NCBI RefSeq assembly: GCF_053078305.1
Contig: NZ_CP166879.1
DNA length: 64,000 nucleotides
Reading direction: 5' to 3' (one strand)
The translations under genes and the position numbers were made by a program. Below, in pieces: positions 39,217 to 51,000 of this stretch. The notes under the pieces are model-generated. The model searched no databases. It was not told the DNA's origin and saw nothing but the letters and a program-made list of their open reading frames with translations. Positions within the stretch are counted from its first letter, which is position 1. Each line of letters begins with the position of its first letter.

Positions 39217-39330
39217 TGTCTGTAAATCACGACAATGGGTGGTTTGGCGCGTCGCTTTTTGGCGACACTTAACTGATTGATTTAACTGAAATATAATAAG
39301 TTTATCTTAAGCTGTCTCTTTTTAGCGACA
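39217..39330. promoter_or_regulatory. Three GlrR binding sites (TGTC-N10-GACA) upstream of glmY
   Basis: TGTCTGTAAATCACGACA is at 39217-39234. CGTCGCTTTTTGGCGACA is at 39250-39267. TGTCTCTTTTTAGCGACA is at 39313-39330. Confidence 0.75.
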
Positions 39331-39419
39331 CAGTGGCTGATTTACACCCAAATAGTGGAGAAGCCATAAACCCCTCAAAGCAACGTATAATCAGTACGTT
39401 ACCAAACTATTTTCTTTAT

Positions 39420-39436
39420 TGGCACAGTTACTGCAT
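39420..39436 (+). promoter_or_regulatory. Sigma54 (-24/-12) promoter of glmY
   Basis: TGGCAC-agtta-CTGCAT, with the GC of the -12 element 13 nt upstream of the glmY 5' end. Confidence 0.75.
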
Positions 39437-39446
39437 AATAGTAAGC

Positions 39447-39630
39447 AGTGGCTCATTCACCGACTTATGTCAGCCCCTTCGGGACGTGCTACATAAAATT
39501 CGAATGACGCACAACAAGGTGCCTGCCGTCCAACTTCTGATATCAGCGTAGCTATATCAACCATCGGGCGAAACGTCGAGTTAGGCACCGCCTTATTCCA
39601 TAACAAAGCCGGGTAATTCCCGGCTTTGTT
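39447..39630 (+). ncRNA. glmY: GlmY small RNA
   Basis: It starts AGTGGCTCATTCACCGACTTATGTCAGCCCCTTCGGGACG and ends in the terminator AAAGCCGGGTAATTCCCGGCTTTGTTGT. It matches my memory of E. coli GlmY and lies between purL and glrK. Confidence 0.85.
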
Positions 39631-39688
39631 GTATCTGAACTTCCCCTCGGTTAGCATCAGGCTATTCGCGTCTGACGAGAGTAACACC

Positions 39689-41116
39689 TTGAAACGCTGG
39701 CCCGTTTTTCCCCGCTCATTACGACAACTGGTAATGCTGGCATTTTTGCTGATTCTGCTACCCCTGTTGGTGCTGGCATGGCAAGCCTGGCAAAGCCTGA
39801 ATGCGCTTAGCGATCAGGCGGCGCTGGTTAACCGCACTACGCTTATTGATGCCCGGCGCAGTGAAGCGATGACCAACGCGGCACTGGAGATGGAGCGCAG
39901 CTACCGTCAGTATTGCGTGCTGGACGACCCTACGCTTGCGAAGGTTTATCAAAGCCAGCGCAAGCGTTACAGCGAAATGCTCGATGCTCACGCAGGCGTG
40001 CTGCCTGACGATAAACTTTACCAGGCATTGCGTCAGGACTTGAACAATCTGGCCCAACTTCAGTGTAACAACAGTGGTCCCGATGCTGCTGCCGCCGCGC
40101 GTCTTGAAGCCTTTGCCAGTGCCAATACCGAAATGGTGCAGGCCACGCGCACCGTGGTGTTCTCTCGTGGGCAGCAACTTCAGCGTGAAATCGCCGAACG
40201 TGGGCAATATTTTGGTTGGCAATCGCTGGTGCTATTTCTGGTGAGTCTGGTGATGGTGCTACTTTTCACGCGGATGATTATCGGTCCGGTGAAAAATATC
40301 GAGAGGATGATCAACCGGTTGGGGGAAGGGCGTTCACTGGGCAATAGCGTCTCGTTCAGTGGACCGAGCGAGTTACGCTCGGTTGGGCAACGTATTCTTT
40401 GGTTAAGTGAGCGCCTGTCATGGCTGGAATCCCAACGCCATCAATTTTTAAGACATTTATCTCATGAATTAAAAACGCCACTGGCGAGTATGCGCGAGGG
40501 CACTGAATTACTGGCTGACCAGGTTGTCGGGCCGCTTACGCCAGAGCAAAAAGAGGTGGTGAGCATTCTTGATAGCAGCAGCCGCAATTTGCAAAAGCTG
40601 ATCGAACAACTGCTTGATTACAACCGTAAACAGGCGGACAGTGCGGTGGAACTGGAGAATGTTGAGTTAGCACCGCTGGTGGAGACAGTAGTTTCTGCTC
40701 ATAGCCTGCCCGCACGGGCTAAAATGATGCATACCGACGTCGATCTCAAAGCAACAGCTTGCCTGGCGGAGCCAATGCTGCTGATGAGCGTACTGGATAA
40801 TCTTTACTCCAATGCGGTGAACTACGGGGCTGAATCCGGTAACATTTGCCTTCGCAGCAGTTTACATGGTGCGCGGGTTTATATTGATGTTATCAATACA
40901 GGCACGCCCATTCCGCAAGAGGAACGCGCCATGATCTTCGAACCCTTTTTTCAGGGAAGCCACCAGCGAAAAGGGGCGGTGAAGGGCAGCGGTCTGGGAT
41001 TAAGCATTGCCAGGGATTGTATTCGCCGTATGCAAGGGGAACTGTATCTGGTCGACGAGAGCGGGCAAGACGTTTGTTTCCGCATTGAATTACCGTCGTC
41101 GAAAAACACGAAATAA
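39689..41116 (+). CDS. glrK: Sensor histidine kinase GlrK (QseE)
   Basis: 475 aa from TTG 39689 (KRWPVFPRSLRQLVMLAFLL). It has the H-box RHLSHELKTPL. K-12 synteny. Confidence 0.9.
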   Translation: MKRWPVFPRSLRQLVMLAFLLILLPLLVLAWQAWQSLNALSDQAALVNRTTLIDARRSEAMTNAALEMERSYRQYCVLDDPTLAKVYQSQRKRYSEMLDAHAGVLPDDKLYQALRQDLNNLAQLQCNNSGPDAAAAARLEAFASANTEMVQATRTVVFSRGQQLQREIAERGQYFGWQSLVLFLVSLVMVLLFTRMIIGPVKNIERMINRLGEGRSLGNSVSFSGPSELRSVGQRILWLSERLSWLESQRHQFLRHLSHELKTPLASMREGTELLADQVVGPLTPEQKEVVSILDSSSRNLQKLIEQLLDYNRKQADSAVELENVELAPLVETVVSAHSLPARAKMMHTDVDLKATACLAEPMLLMSVLDNLYSNAVNYGAESGNICLRSSLHGARVYIDVINTGTPIPQEERAMIFEPFFQGSHQRKGAVKGSGLGLSIARDCIRRMQGELYLVDESGQDVCFRIELPSSKNTK

Positions 41117-41280
41117 TACTAACAGCCTATCCCATCAGGCTATTTTATTTGCCAGTTCGGCCCCGGGCAGTGCTCGAAATCCTCACGTACGACGTGTACG
41201 CTCCGGTTTCTCCGCGCTGTCCATGTCCAAACTGTCTGCAACAATTACGCCCACTGGGATAGGCTTTAAGTCTGGTGAAT

Positions 41281-41994
41281 ATGCGACACATTTTTCAACG
41301 ATTATTGCCCCGACGGCTGTGGCTGGCAGGGCTGCCATGTCTGGCATTGCTGGGTTGCGTGCAGAGTCACAATAAGCCAGCCATTGATACGCCAGCAGAA
41401 GAAAAAATTCCGGTTTATCAACTGGCTGACTATCTTTCTACTGAATGTAGCGACATCTGGGCGCTGCAAGGTAAATCAACTGAAACCAATCCGCTTTACT
41501 GGCTGCGGGCGATGGATTGTGCTGATCGTTTAATGCCTGCGCAGTCGCGTCAGCAAGCCCGCCAATATGACGACGGCAGCTGGCAAAATACCTTTAAACA
41601 AGGGATTTTGCTCGCCGACGCCAAAATTACGCCGTATGAGCGCCGCCAGCTGGTCGCGCGCATTGATGCGTTAAGTACCGAGATCCCGGCACAGGTTCGC
41701 CCACTGTATCAACTCTGGCGCGACGGTCAGGCGCTGCAACTGCAACTGGCGGAAGAGCGCCAACGCTACGGCAAACTCCAGCAGTCCAGTGACAGCGAGC
41801 TGGATACTTTGCGCCAGCAACATCACGTTCTACAACAGCAGCTGGAACTCACCACCCGCAAGCTGGAAAACCTGACCGATATTGAACGCCAGCTCTCGAC
41901 CCGCAAACCGGCTGGAAATTTCTCGCCGGATACGCCGCACGAGGGTGAAAAGCCCGCGCCATCCACCCATGAGGTCACTCCTGATGAGCCATAA
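41281..41994 (+). CDS. qseG: Outer-membrane lipoprotein QseG (YfhG)
   Basis: MRHIFQRLLPRRLWLAGLPCLALLGC with lipobox, 237 aa. Confidence 0.9.
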   Translation: MRHIFQRLLPRRLWLAGLPCLALLGCVQSHNKPAIDTPAEEKIPVYQLADYLSTECSDIWALQGKSTETNPLYWLRAMDCADRLMPAQSRQQARQYDDGSWQNTFKQGILLADAKITPYERRQLVARIDALSTEIPAQVRPLYQLWRDGQALQLQLAEERQRYGKLQQSSDSELDTLRQQHHVLQQQLELTTRKLENLTDIERQLSTRKPAGNFSPDTPHEGEKPAPSTHEVTPDEP

Positions 41995-43318
41995 ACCTGC
42001 GCATTTATTATTGGTCGATGACGATCCGGGATTGCTGAAACTGCTTGGCCTGCGCCTGACCAGCGAAGGCTACAGTGTGGTCACGGCGGAAAGTGGCGCT
42101 GAAGGATTACGGGTACTGAATCGCGAAAAAGTAGATTTAGTTATCAGCGACCTGCGGATGGATGAAATGGACGGTATGCAGCTGTTTGCTGAAATCCAGA
42201 AAGTGCAGCCGGGAATGCCGGTAATTATTCTTACCGCGCATGGTTCTATTCCCGATGCCGTTGCTGCAACACAGCAGGGCGTTTTTAGTTTCCTCACCAA
42301 GCCAGTCGATAAAGACGCGCTATATCAGGCAATTGATGATGCGCTGGAACAATCCGCGCCAGCCACCGACGAACGCTGGCGCGAGGCGATTGTCACCCGC
42401 AGCCCGCTGATGCTGCGTTTGCTGGAACAGGCGCGGCTGGTGGCGCAATCAGACGTCAGCGTTTTGATTAATGGCCAGAGCGGCACCGGGAAAGAGATTT
42501 TCGCCCAGGCTATCCACAACGCCAGCCCGCGCAATAGCAAACCATTTATTGCTATTAACTGTGGTGCATTGCCTGAGCAATTGCTGGAGTCGGAGCTGTT
42601 TGGTCATGCGCGTGGCGCGTTTACTGGCGCTGTCAGCAATCGCGAAGGTTTATTCCAGGCGGCGGAAGGCGGAACGCTATTTCTCGATGAGATTGGCGAT
42701 ATGCCTGCGCCGTTGCAGGTCAAACTGTTGCGCGTGTTGCAGGAGCGTAAAGTGCGCCCGCTGGGCAGTAACCGCGATATTGATATCAATGTACGGATTA
42801 TTTCTGCCACTCACCGTGATCTGCCAAAAGCGATGGCGCGCGGGGAATTCCGCGAAGACCTCTATTACCGCCTCAACGTTGTCAGCCTGAAAATTCCGGC
42901 ACTGGCGGAGCGCACAGAAGACATTCCGCTACTGGCAAATCACCTGTTGCGCCAGGCGGCAGAGCGACATAAACCGTTTGTCCGCGCGTTCTCTACCGAT
43001 GCGATGAAACGCCTGATGACCGCGAGCTGGCCGGGTAATGTGCGCCAGTTGGTCAACGTGATTGAACAGTGCGTGGCGCTGACCTCATCTCCGGTGATTA
43101 GTGATGCATTAGTAGAGCAGGCGCTGGAGGGCGAAAACACGGCGCTGCCAACCTTTGTTGAGGCACGTAATCAGTTTGAACTCAACTATTTGCGTAAGCT
43201 GCTGCAAATTACCAAAGGCAACGTCACCCATGCGGCGAGAATGGCGGGGCGCAACCGGACAGAATTTTATAAACTGCTTTCCCGACACGAGCTGGATGCA
43301 AACGATTTCAAGGAATGA
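41984..43318 (+). CDS. glrR: Sigma54-dependent response regulator GlrR (QseF)
   Basis: 444 aa from [14 protein letters not shown]. It has receiver, AAA+ (GESGTGKE-like GQSGTGKE) and HTH regions. It overlaps the qseG stop. Confidence 0.95.
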   Translation: MSHKPAHLLLVDDDPGLLKLLGLRLTSEGYSVVTAESGAEGLRVLNREKVDLVISDLRMDEMDGMQLFAEIQKVQPGMPVIILTAHGSIPDAVAATQQGVFSFLTKPVDKDALYQAIDDALEQSAPATDERWREAIVTRSPLMLRLLEQARLVAQSDVSVLINGQSGTGKEIFAQAIHNASPRNSKPFIAINCGALPEQLLESELFGHARGAFTGAVSNREGLFQAAEGGTLFLDEIGDMPAPLQVKLLRVLQERKVRPLGSNRDIDINVRIISATHRDLPKAMARGEFREDLYYRLNVVSLKIPALAERTEDIPLLANHLLRQAAERHKPFVRAFSTDAMKRLMTASWPGNVRQLVNVIEQCVALTSSPVISDALVEQALEGENTALPTFVEARNQFELNYLRKLLQITKGNVTHAARMAGRNRTEFYKLLSRHELDANDFKE

Positions 43319-43342
43319 ATTGGCGTTATGTGTTACGTTTAG

Positions 43343-43717
<375 letters not shown>

Positions 43718-43729
43718 ACCGCGTCAAGG

Positions 43730-43755
43730 GTTGCCGGATGTTTCCATCCGGCAAC
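43730..43755. terminator. Bidirectional hairpin between convergent glnB and hmp
   Basis: GTTGCCGGATG-tttc-CATCCGGCAAC. Confidence 0.6.
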
Positions 43756-43761
43756 ATCAAA

Positions 43762-44952
43762 TCACAGCACCTTATGCGGGCCAAAGCATTCGTAATGAAT
43801 GTTTTCCTGCTTCACGCCCAGATCCACTAACTGTTTCGCGGCAAACTGCATGAAGCCAACCGGGCCGCAGAGATAGAACTGCATTGTCGGATCGCTGAAC
43901 GCACCTTCCAGTTTGCTCAAATCCATCAGACCTTCGCTATCAAACTGACCTTTAGCGCGATCGGCTTCGCTCGGCTGACGATACCAGGTGTGCGCGGTAA
44001 AGCGCGGCAGTGACTGCCCCAGTTCCTTAACTTCATCGGCAAAGGCGTGAACATCGCCATTTTCTGCCGCATGGAACCAGTTCACTTGTGCTGTGTGGCC
44101 TGCTTTTGCCAGCGTGTCGAGCATTGCCAGCATTGGCGTTTGACCAACACCGGCAGAGATTAACGTCACTGGTGTGTCATCTGCGACAGCCATAAAGAAA
44201 TCACCTGCCGGAGCGACCAGTTTCACGACATCGCCAACATTGGCGTGATTGTGCAACCAGTTGGATACCTGCCCACCCTCTTCGCGTTTCACCGCAATAC
44301 GATAGCCTTTGCCATCCGGTTTGCGAGTCAAAGAGTACTGACGAATTTCCTGATGCGGGAAACCTTCCGGCTTCAGCCAGACGCCGAGATATTGCCCCGG
44401 ACGGTATTCTGCCACTGCGCCACCGTCGACCGGCTCCAGTTCGAAGCTGGTGATAAGCGCGCTGCGCGGTGTTTTAGCCACAATGCGGAAATCGCGAGTA
44501 CCTTCCCAACCACCGGCTTTGCTGGCGTTTTCGTTATAGATTTCCGCCTCGCGATTGATAAATACATTAGCCAGTACACCATAGGCTTTACCCCACGCGT
44601 CCAGCACTTCCTGCCCCGGGCTGAACATTTCGTCCAGCGTTGCCAACAGGTGTTCACCGACGATGTTGTACTGTTCCGGTTTGATCTGGAAACTGGTGTG
44701 CTTCTGCGCGATTTTTTCTACCGCTGGCAGCAGCGCAGGCAGGTTTTCAATATTACTGGCGTAGGCGGCAATAGCGTTAAACAGGGCTTCACGTTGATCG
44801 CCATTACGCTGGTTACTCATGTTAAAAATTTCTTTGAGTTCTGGGTTATGAGTAAACATACGGTCGTAGAAATGGGCGGTTAACTTTGGCCCCGTTTCCA
44901 CCAGTAAAGGGATGGTGGCTTTTACTGTAGCGATGGTTTGAGCGTCAAGCAT
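43762..44952 (-). CDS. hmp: Flavohaemoglobin (NO dioxygenase)
   Basis: 396 aa from [17 protein letters not shown]. The track start at 44973 adds 7 residues. Confidence 0.95.
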
Positions 44953-44978
44953 ATGGTCTTCCTTTTTTTGCATCTTAA

Positions 44979-45001
44979 TTGATGTATCTCAAATGCATCT
45001 T
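44979..45001. promoter_or_regulatory. NsrR operator in the hmp promoter
   Basis: The minus strand reads AAGATGCATTTGAGATACATCAA, which is the inverted-repeat NsrR site as I remember it for hmp. Confidence 0.5.
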
Positions 45002-45279
45002 ATAAAAAATAGCCCTGCAATGTAAATGGTTCTTTGGTGTTTTTCAGAAAGAATGTGATGAAGTGAAAAATTTGCATCACAAACCTGAAAAGAAATCCGT
45101 TTCCGGTTGCAAGCTCTTTATTCTCCAAAGCCTTGCGTAGCCTGAAGGTAATCGTTTGCGTAAATTCCTTTGTCAAGACCTGTTATCGCACAATGATTCG
45201 GTTATACTGTTCGCCGTTGTCCAACAGGACCGCCTATAAAGGCCAAAAATTTTATTGTTAGCTGAGTCAGGAGATGCGG

Positions 45280-46533
45280 ATGTTAAAGCGTGAAATGAAC
45301 ATTGCCGATTATGATGCCGAACTGTGGCAGGCTATGGAGCAGGAAAAAGTACGTCAGGAAGAGCACATCGAACTGATCGCCTCCGAAAACTACACCAGCC
45401 CGCGCGTAATGCAGGCGCAGGGTTCTCAGCTGACCAACAAATATGCTGAAGGTTATCCGGGCAAACGCTACTACGGCGGTTGCGAGTATGTTGATATCGT
45501 TGAACAACTGGCGATCGATCGTGCGAAAGAACTGTTCGGCGCTGACTACGCTAACGTCCAGCCGCACTCCGGCTCCCAGGCTAACTTTGCGGTCTACACC
45601 GCGCTGCTGGAACCAGGTGATACCGTTCTGGGTATGAACCTGGCGCATGGCGGTCACCTGACTCACGGTTCTCCGGTTAACTTCTCCGGTAAACTGTACA
45701 ACATCGTTCCTTACGGTATTGATGCTACCGGTCATATCGACTACGCCGATCTGGAAAAACAAGCCAAAGAACACAAACCGAAAATGATTATCGGTGGCTT
45801 CTCTGCATATTCCGGCGTGGTGGACTGGGCGAAAATGCGTGAAATCGCTGACAGCATCGGCGCTTACCTGTTCGTTGATATGGCGCACGTTGCGGGCCTG
45901 GTTGCTGCTGGCGTCTACCCGAACCCGGTTCCTCATGCTCACGTTGTTACTACCACCACTCACAAAACCCTGGCGGGTCCGCGCGGCGGCCTGATCCTGG
46001 CGAAAGGTGGTAGCGAAGAGCTGTACAAAAAACTGAACTCTGCCGTTTTCCCTGGTGGTCAGGGCGGTCCGTTGATGCACGTAATCGCCGGTAAAGCGGT
46101 TGCTCTGAAAGAAGCGATGGAGCCTGAGTTCAAAACTTACCAGCAGCAGGTCGCTAAAAACGCTAAAGCGATGGTAGAAGTGTTCCTGGAACGCGGCTAC
46201 AAAGTGGTTTCCGGCGGTACTGATAACCATCTGTTCCTGGTTGATCTGGTCGATAAAAACCTGACCGGTAAAGAAGCAGACGCCGCTCTGGGCCGTGCTA
46301 ACATCACCGTCAACAAAAACAGCGTACCGAACGATCCGAAGAGCCCGTTTGTGACCTCCGGTATTCGCGTGGGTACTCCGGCAATTACGCGTCGCGGCTT
46401 CAAAGAAGCAGAAGCGAAAGAACTGGCTGGCTGGATGTGTGACGTGCTGGACAGCATCAATGATGAAGCCGTTATCGAGCGCATCAAAGGTAAAGTTCTC
46501 GACATCTGCGCACGTTACCCGGTTTACGCATAA
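45280..46533 (+). CDS. glyA: Serine hydroxymethyltransferase
   Basis: 417 aa from [22 protein letters not shown]. It matches K-12 GlyA. Confidence 0.97.
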
Positions 46534-46569
46534 GCGAAACGGTGATTTGCTGACAATGTGCCCGTTGTT

Positions 46570-46672
46570 CATGTTGGATGCGACATGAACACCTTCTCAG
46601 GCCTACAAAATCTTGCAAATTCAATATATTGCAATCTCCGTGTAGGCCTGATAAGCGTAGCGCATCAGGCAA
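46570..46672. repeat. REP/BIME-type extragenic palindromic elements
   Basis: Contains GCCTAC...GTAGGCCTGATAAGCGTAGCGCATCAGGC, typical of E. coli REP sequences, in the glyA-yphH gap. Confidence 0.6.
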
Positions 46673-46730
46673 TTTTTCGCTTATGATCATCAAGGCTTCC
46701 TTCGGGAAGCCTTTCTACGTTATCGTGCCA

Positions 46731-47924
46731 TCAAATCTGTCGTAACTGCGCCTCAACATACAAATAGCCAATTCCCAGCACCTGTTGTGCGCGGCTTAAT
46801 TGCCCGAAGCCAATTTGCGTCGCTTTCACGCTCGGTCCTTCGTCGCGGTCGAACGGGTTAAATCCTGTCTGGCGAATAATAGTATTAAGCCAGTTCTCAC
46901 CAAAGGCACAACTGCGACCGTACAACCAAATCTGATTAATATTGAGGATGTTGAGGAAGTTATACAGACTCAAACCAATGGCATTGGCAGAGCGATCAAC
47001 CCAGCTGGTGATCCACGGTTCTCCACTTTGCCAGGCAGCGATTAACTGCGCTGTAGTCAGTTTTTCAGGATCAAGCTGAGTATTAACCGGTTGTGATTTT
47101 AGCCATACCCGCGCCTGTTTTTTTAATGCGCTTAACGAGGCGACGGTTTCCAGGCAGCCGTAACGTCCACAGTCGCAGACGACGCCATCCGGATTAACGA
47201 TGGTGTGACCAATCTGTCCGCTACCATACAAACTGCCGCGATAAATTTGCTCGTTAATCACGAACGACGAGCCAATGCCGTAATCAACGTTGATCACGCA
47301 GAAATCCCGTTCCTGCGAATTATTTTGCCATTTTTCCGCCAGCGCCAGCATCACGCAGTCATTATCGACCATCACCCGAATGCCGAGCTTCTCTTCCAGC
47401 AGATACTTCACCTCAACCGGCGTTGTCCAGGGCGCTTGCGGCATGGTTTGCGACACTCCGGTCACAGGATCAACCTGACCGTGGATTGCCAGCGCCAGAT
47501 TGATGGTGCGGTCCGGCCACAATTTACGGTGGCGATGCCAGCATTTTTCGATTTCGGACAGCAGCGCCTGCGGCGTCGGTGCATCAATCTGTAAATACTC
47601 AAATTCACCTTTCGGACTTAAACAAGCATTAGCAACCTGACACTCAATACTGGTGGGCGTCACGTTCAGACACAGCGTCCAGTCACCCTCCGGCGCAATC
47701 AGCCATGTACCGCTACTATGCCCGCGCGTCTGGCTTTCATCGTCGATATTCACCACCCGTTTTTCGCTTTCCAGTTCCTGCAAAATATTACTGACTGCCG
47801 GAATCGAAATTTGCGCCAGCCGGGCCAGCGTTGATTTATTGGCGCGCTTTTGCCGGTACAGCAGTTCCAGAATCACGCATTTGTTATGGTGGCGAATCTG
47901 TTGATTGTTAATGCAGGCTCTCAT
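46731..47924 (-). CDS. yphH: ROK/NagC-family regulator
   Basis: 397 aa from MRACINNQQIRHHNK. K-12 synteny. Confidence 0.85.
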   Translation of the reverse strand: MRACINNQQIRHHNKCVILELLYRQKRANKSTLARLAQISIPAVSNILQELESEKRVVNIDDESQTRGHSSGTWLIAPEGDWTLCLNVTPTSIECQVANACLSPKGEFEYLQIDAPTPQALLSEIEKCWHRHRKLWPDRTINLALAIHGQVDPVTGVSQTMPQAPWTTPVEVKYLLEEKLGIRVMVDNDCVMLALAEKWQNNSQERDFCVINVDYGIGSSFVINEQIYRGSLYGSGQIGHTIVNPDGVVCDCGRYGCLETVASLSALKKQARVWLKSQPVNTQLDPEKLTTAQLIAAWQSGEPWITSWVDRSANAIGLSLYNFLNILNINQIWLYGRSCAFGENWLNTIIRQTGFNPFDRDEGPSVKATQIGFGQLSRAQQVLGIGYLYVEAQLRQI

Positions 47925-48041
47925 CTTCACTAAACCTTGTTTAGTTAATTGCGTGATTATTCCGCGAAAACATTGCCAGATTGTTCAATACACTGCCACA
48001 AATCTTTTAATTCAGTATGTCTTGTTAATATTGAGGGCACC

Positions 48042-51000
48042 ATGACTCCAGTAAAAGTGTGGCAAGAGCGCGTTGAGATCCCGACCTATGAAACCGGGCC
48101 GCAGGATATACATCCCATGTTCCTCGAAAATCGCGTTTATCAGGGATCGTCCGGCGCGGTTTATCCCTACGGCGTGACCGATACGCTGAGCGAGCAGAAA
48201 ACCCTGAAATCCTGGCAGGCGGTGTGGCTGGAAAACGACTACATCAAAGTGATGATCCTGCCGGAATTGGGCGGTCGGGTGCATCGCGCATGGGATAAAG
48301 TGAAACAGCGCGATTTTGTCTATCACAATGAAGTCATTAAACCTGCGCTGGTGGGGCTGCTGGGACCGTGGATCTCCGGCGGGATTGAGTTTAACTGGCC
48401 GCAACACCATCGCCCGACCACCTTTATGCCCGTTGATTTCACCCTCGAAGCCCATGAAGACGGCGCACAGACGGTGTGGGTAGGCGAAACGGAGCCGATG
48501 CATGGTTTACAGGTGATGACAGGTTTCACCCTGCGCCCTGACCGGGCGGCGCTGGAAATCGCCAGCCGCGTCTATAACGGCAACGCCACGCCGCGTCATT
48601 TCTTGTGGTGGGCCAACCCGGCAGTGAAAGGGGGGGAAGGGCATCAGAGCGTCTTTCCGCCGGATGTAACGGCGGTGTTTGATCACGGCAAACGGGCCGT
48701 CTCCGCTTTCCCTATCGCCACCGGCACTTACTACAAAGTGGACTACTCCGCTGGAGTGGACATTTCTCGCTATAAAAATGTGCCCGTTCCAACCTCATAT
48801 ATGGCTGAAAAATCACAGTACGATTTTGTCGGCGCGTGGTGTCACGATGAAGATGGCGGTTTGCTACACGTTGCCAACCACCATATTGCGCCAGGTAAAA
48901 AGCAGTGGAGCTGGGGACACAGTGAATTTGGCCAGGCGTGGGATAAGAGCCTAACTGATAATAACGGCCCGTATATCGAACTGATGACCGGTATTTTTGC
49001 CGATAACCAGCCCGATTTTACCTGGCTTGATGCTTACGAAGAGAAGCGTTTCGAGCAGTATTTCCTGCCTTATCATTCTTTGGGCATGGTGCAAAATGCC
49101 TCCCGCGATGCGGTGATAAAACTCCAGCGTAGTGAGCGGGGGATTGAGTGGGGGCTGTATGCCATCTCTCCGTTGAACGGATACCGCCTGGCGATCCGCG
49201 AAATCGGCAAATGCAACGCGTTACTTGATGATGCCGTGGCACTGATGCCTGCGACCGCTATCCAGGGCGTGTTGCACGGTATCAATCCTGAAAGGCTGAC
49301 CATTGAGCTCTCCGATGCCGACGGCAATATTGTACTGAGTTATCAGGAACATCAGCCGCAAGAGTTGCCGTTGCCGGACGTCGCCAAAGCGCCACTGGCA
49401 GCACAAGACATTACCAGTACAGATGAAGCCTGGTTTATCGGTCAGCATCTGGAGCAATATCATCACGCCAGCCGTTCACCGTTCGATTACTACCTGCGCG
49501 GCGTGGCGCTGGATCCGCTGGATTACCGCTGTAATCTGGCGCTGGCGATGCTGGAGTATAACCGCGCAGATTTCCCGCAAGCGGTGGCGTATGCCACTCA
49601 GGCTCTGAAACGCGCACATGCGCTGAACAAAAATCCGCAGTGCGGACAGGCGAGTTTGATTCGCGCCAGTGCTTACGAACGTCAGGGACAATATCAACAA
49701 GCCGAAGAGGATTTCTGGCGTGCGGTCTGGAGCGGCAACAGTAAAGCCGGAGGCTATTATGGTCTGGCACGACTGGCGGCGCGTAATGGTAACTTCGACG
49801 CGGGTCTGGATTTTTGCCAACAAAGTCTTCGCGCCAGCCCAACCAATCAGGAAGTGCTTTGCCTGCATAATCTGCTGCTGGTGTTAAGTGGTCGTCAGGA
49901 CAACGCGCGTTTGCAGCGCGAGAAACTGCTGCGCGATTATCCGCTGAACGCCACTCTGTGGTGGCTGAACTGGTTCGATGGTCGTAGCGAATCAGCTCTC
50001 GCGCAGTGGCGCGGTCTGTGTCAGGGACGCGACGTTAACGCCCTGATGACCGCCGGGCAACTGATTAACTGGGGAATGCCCACCCTGGCGGCAGAGATGC
50101 TGAACGCACTGGACTGCCAGCGCACGCTGCCGCTTTACCTGCAAGCCAGCTTGCTGCCGAAAGCCGAACGTGGCGAACTGGTCGCAAAAGCCATTGATGT
50201 CTTCCCGCAGTTTGTCCGTTTCCCGAATACGCTGGAAGAAGTGGCGGCGCTGGAGAGTATTGAAGAGTGCTGGTTTGCTCGCCATTTACTGGCCTGCTTC
50301 TACTACAACAAACGTAGCTACAACAAAGCCATTGCCTTATGGCAACGTTGCGTAGAGATGTCGCCGGAGTTTGCCGACGGCTGGCGCGGGTTAGCGATCC
50401 ATGCGTGGAATAAGCAACACGATTATGAGCTGGCCGCGCGTTATCTTGATAATGCTTATCAGCTTGCGCCGCAGGATGCACGTCTGCTTTTCGAACGGGA
50501 TTTGCTTGATAAGTTAAGTGGAGCCACACCGGAGAAACGACTGGCGCGTCTGGAAAATAATCTGGAAATTGCGCTGAAACGCGACGACATGACCGCAGAA
50601 CTGCTCAATTTGTGGCATCTCACGGGGCAGGCAGACAAAGCGGCGGACATTCTCGCCACGCGCAAATTCCACCCGTGGGAAGGCGGGGAAGGGAAGGTCA
50701 CCAGTCAGTTTATCCTCAACCAGTTATTACGCGCCTGGCAGCATCTTGATGCCAGACAGCCGCAGCAGGCCAGCGAACTGCTTCATGCCGCGCTGCATTA
50801 TCCGGAGAATTTAAGCGAAGGCCGTTTACCGGGGCAAACTGATAACGACATCTGGTTCTGGCAGGCGATATGCGCCAACGCGCAGGGCGATGAAACTGAA
50901 GCGACGCGTTGTTTACGTCTGGCGGCGACCGGCGATCGCACCATTAACATCCACAGTTATTACAACGATCAGCCGGTTGATTATCTCTTCTGGCAAGGAA

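Noticed and set aside
39333-39687. ORFs of 72 aa (plus) and 76 aa (minus) between purL and glrK
   Set aside because: They overlap the GlmY sRNA and its promoter. There is no coding signal.
45283-46572. A 429-aa ORF antisense to the whole of glyA
   Set aside because: It exactly mirrors a highly expressed, strongly codon-biased gene. Its Arg/Val/Phe-rich composition is typical of antisense frames, and it has no SD. glyA on the plus strand is unambiguous.
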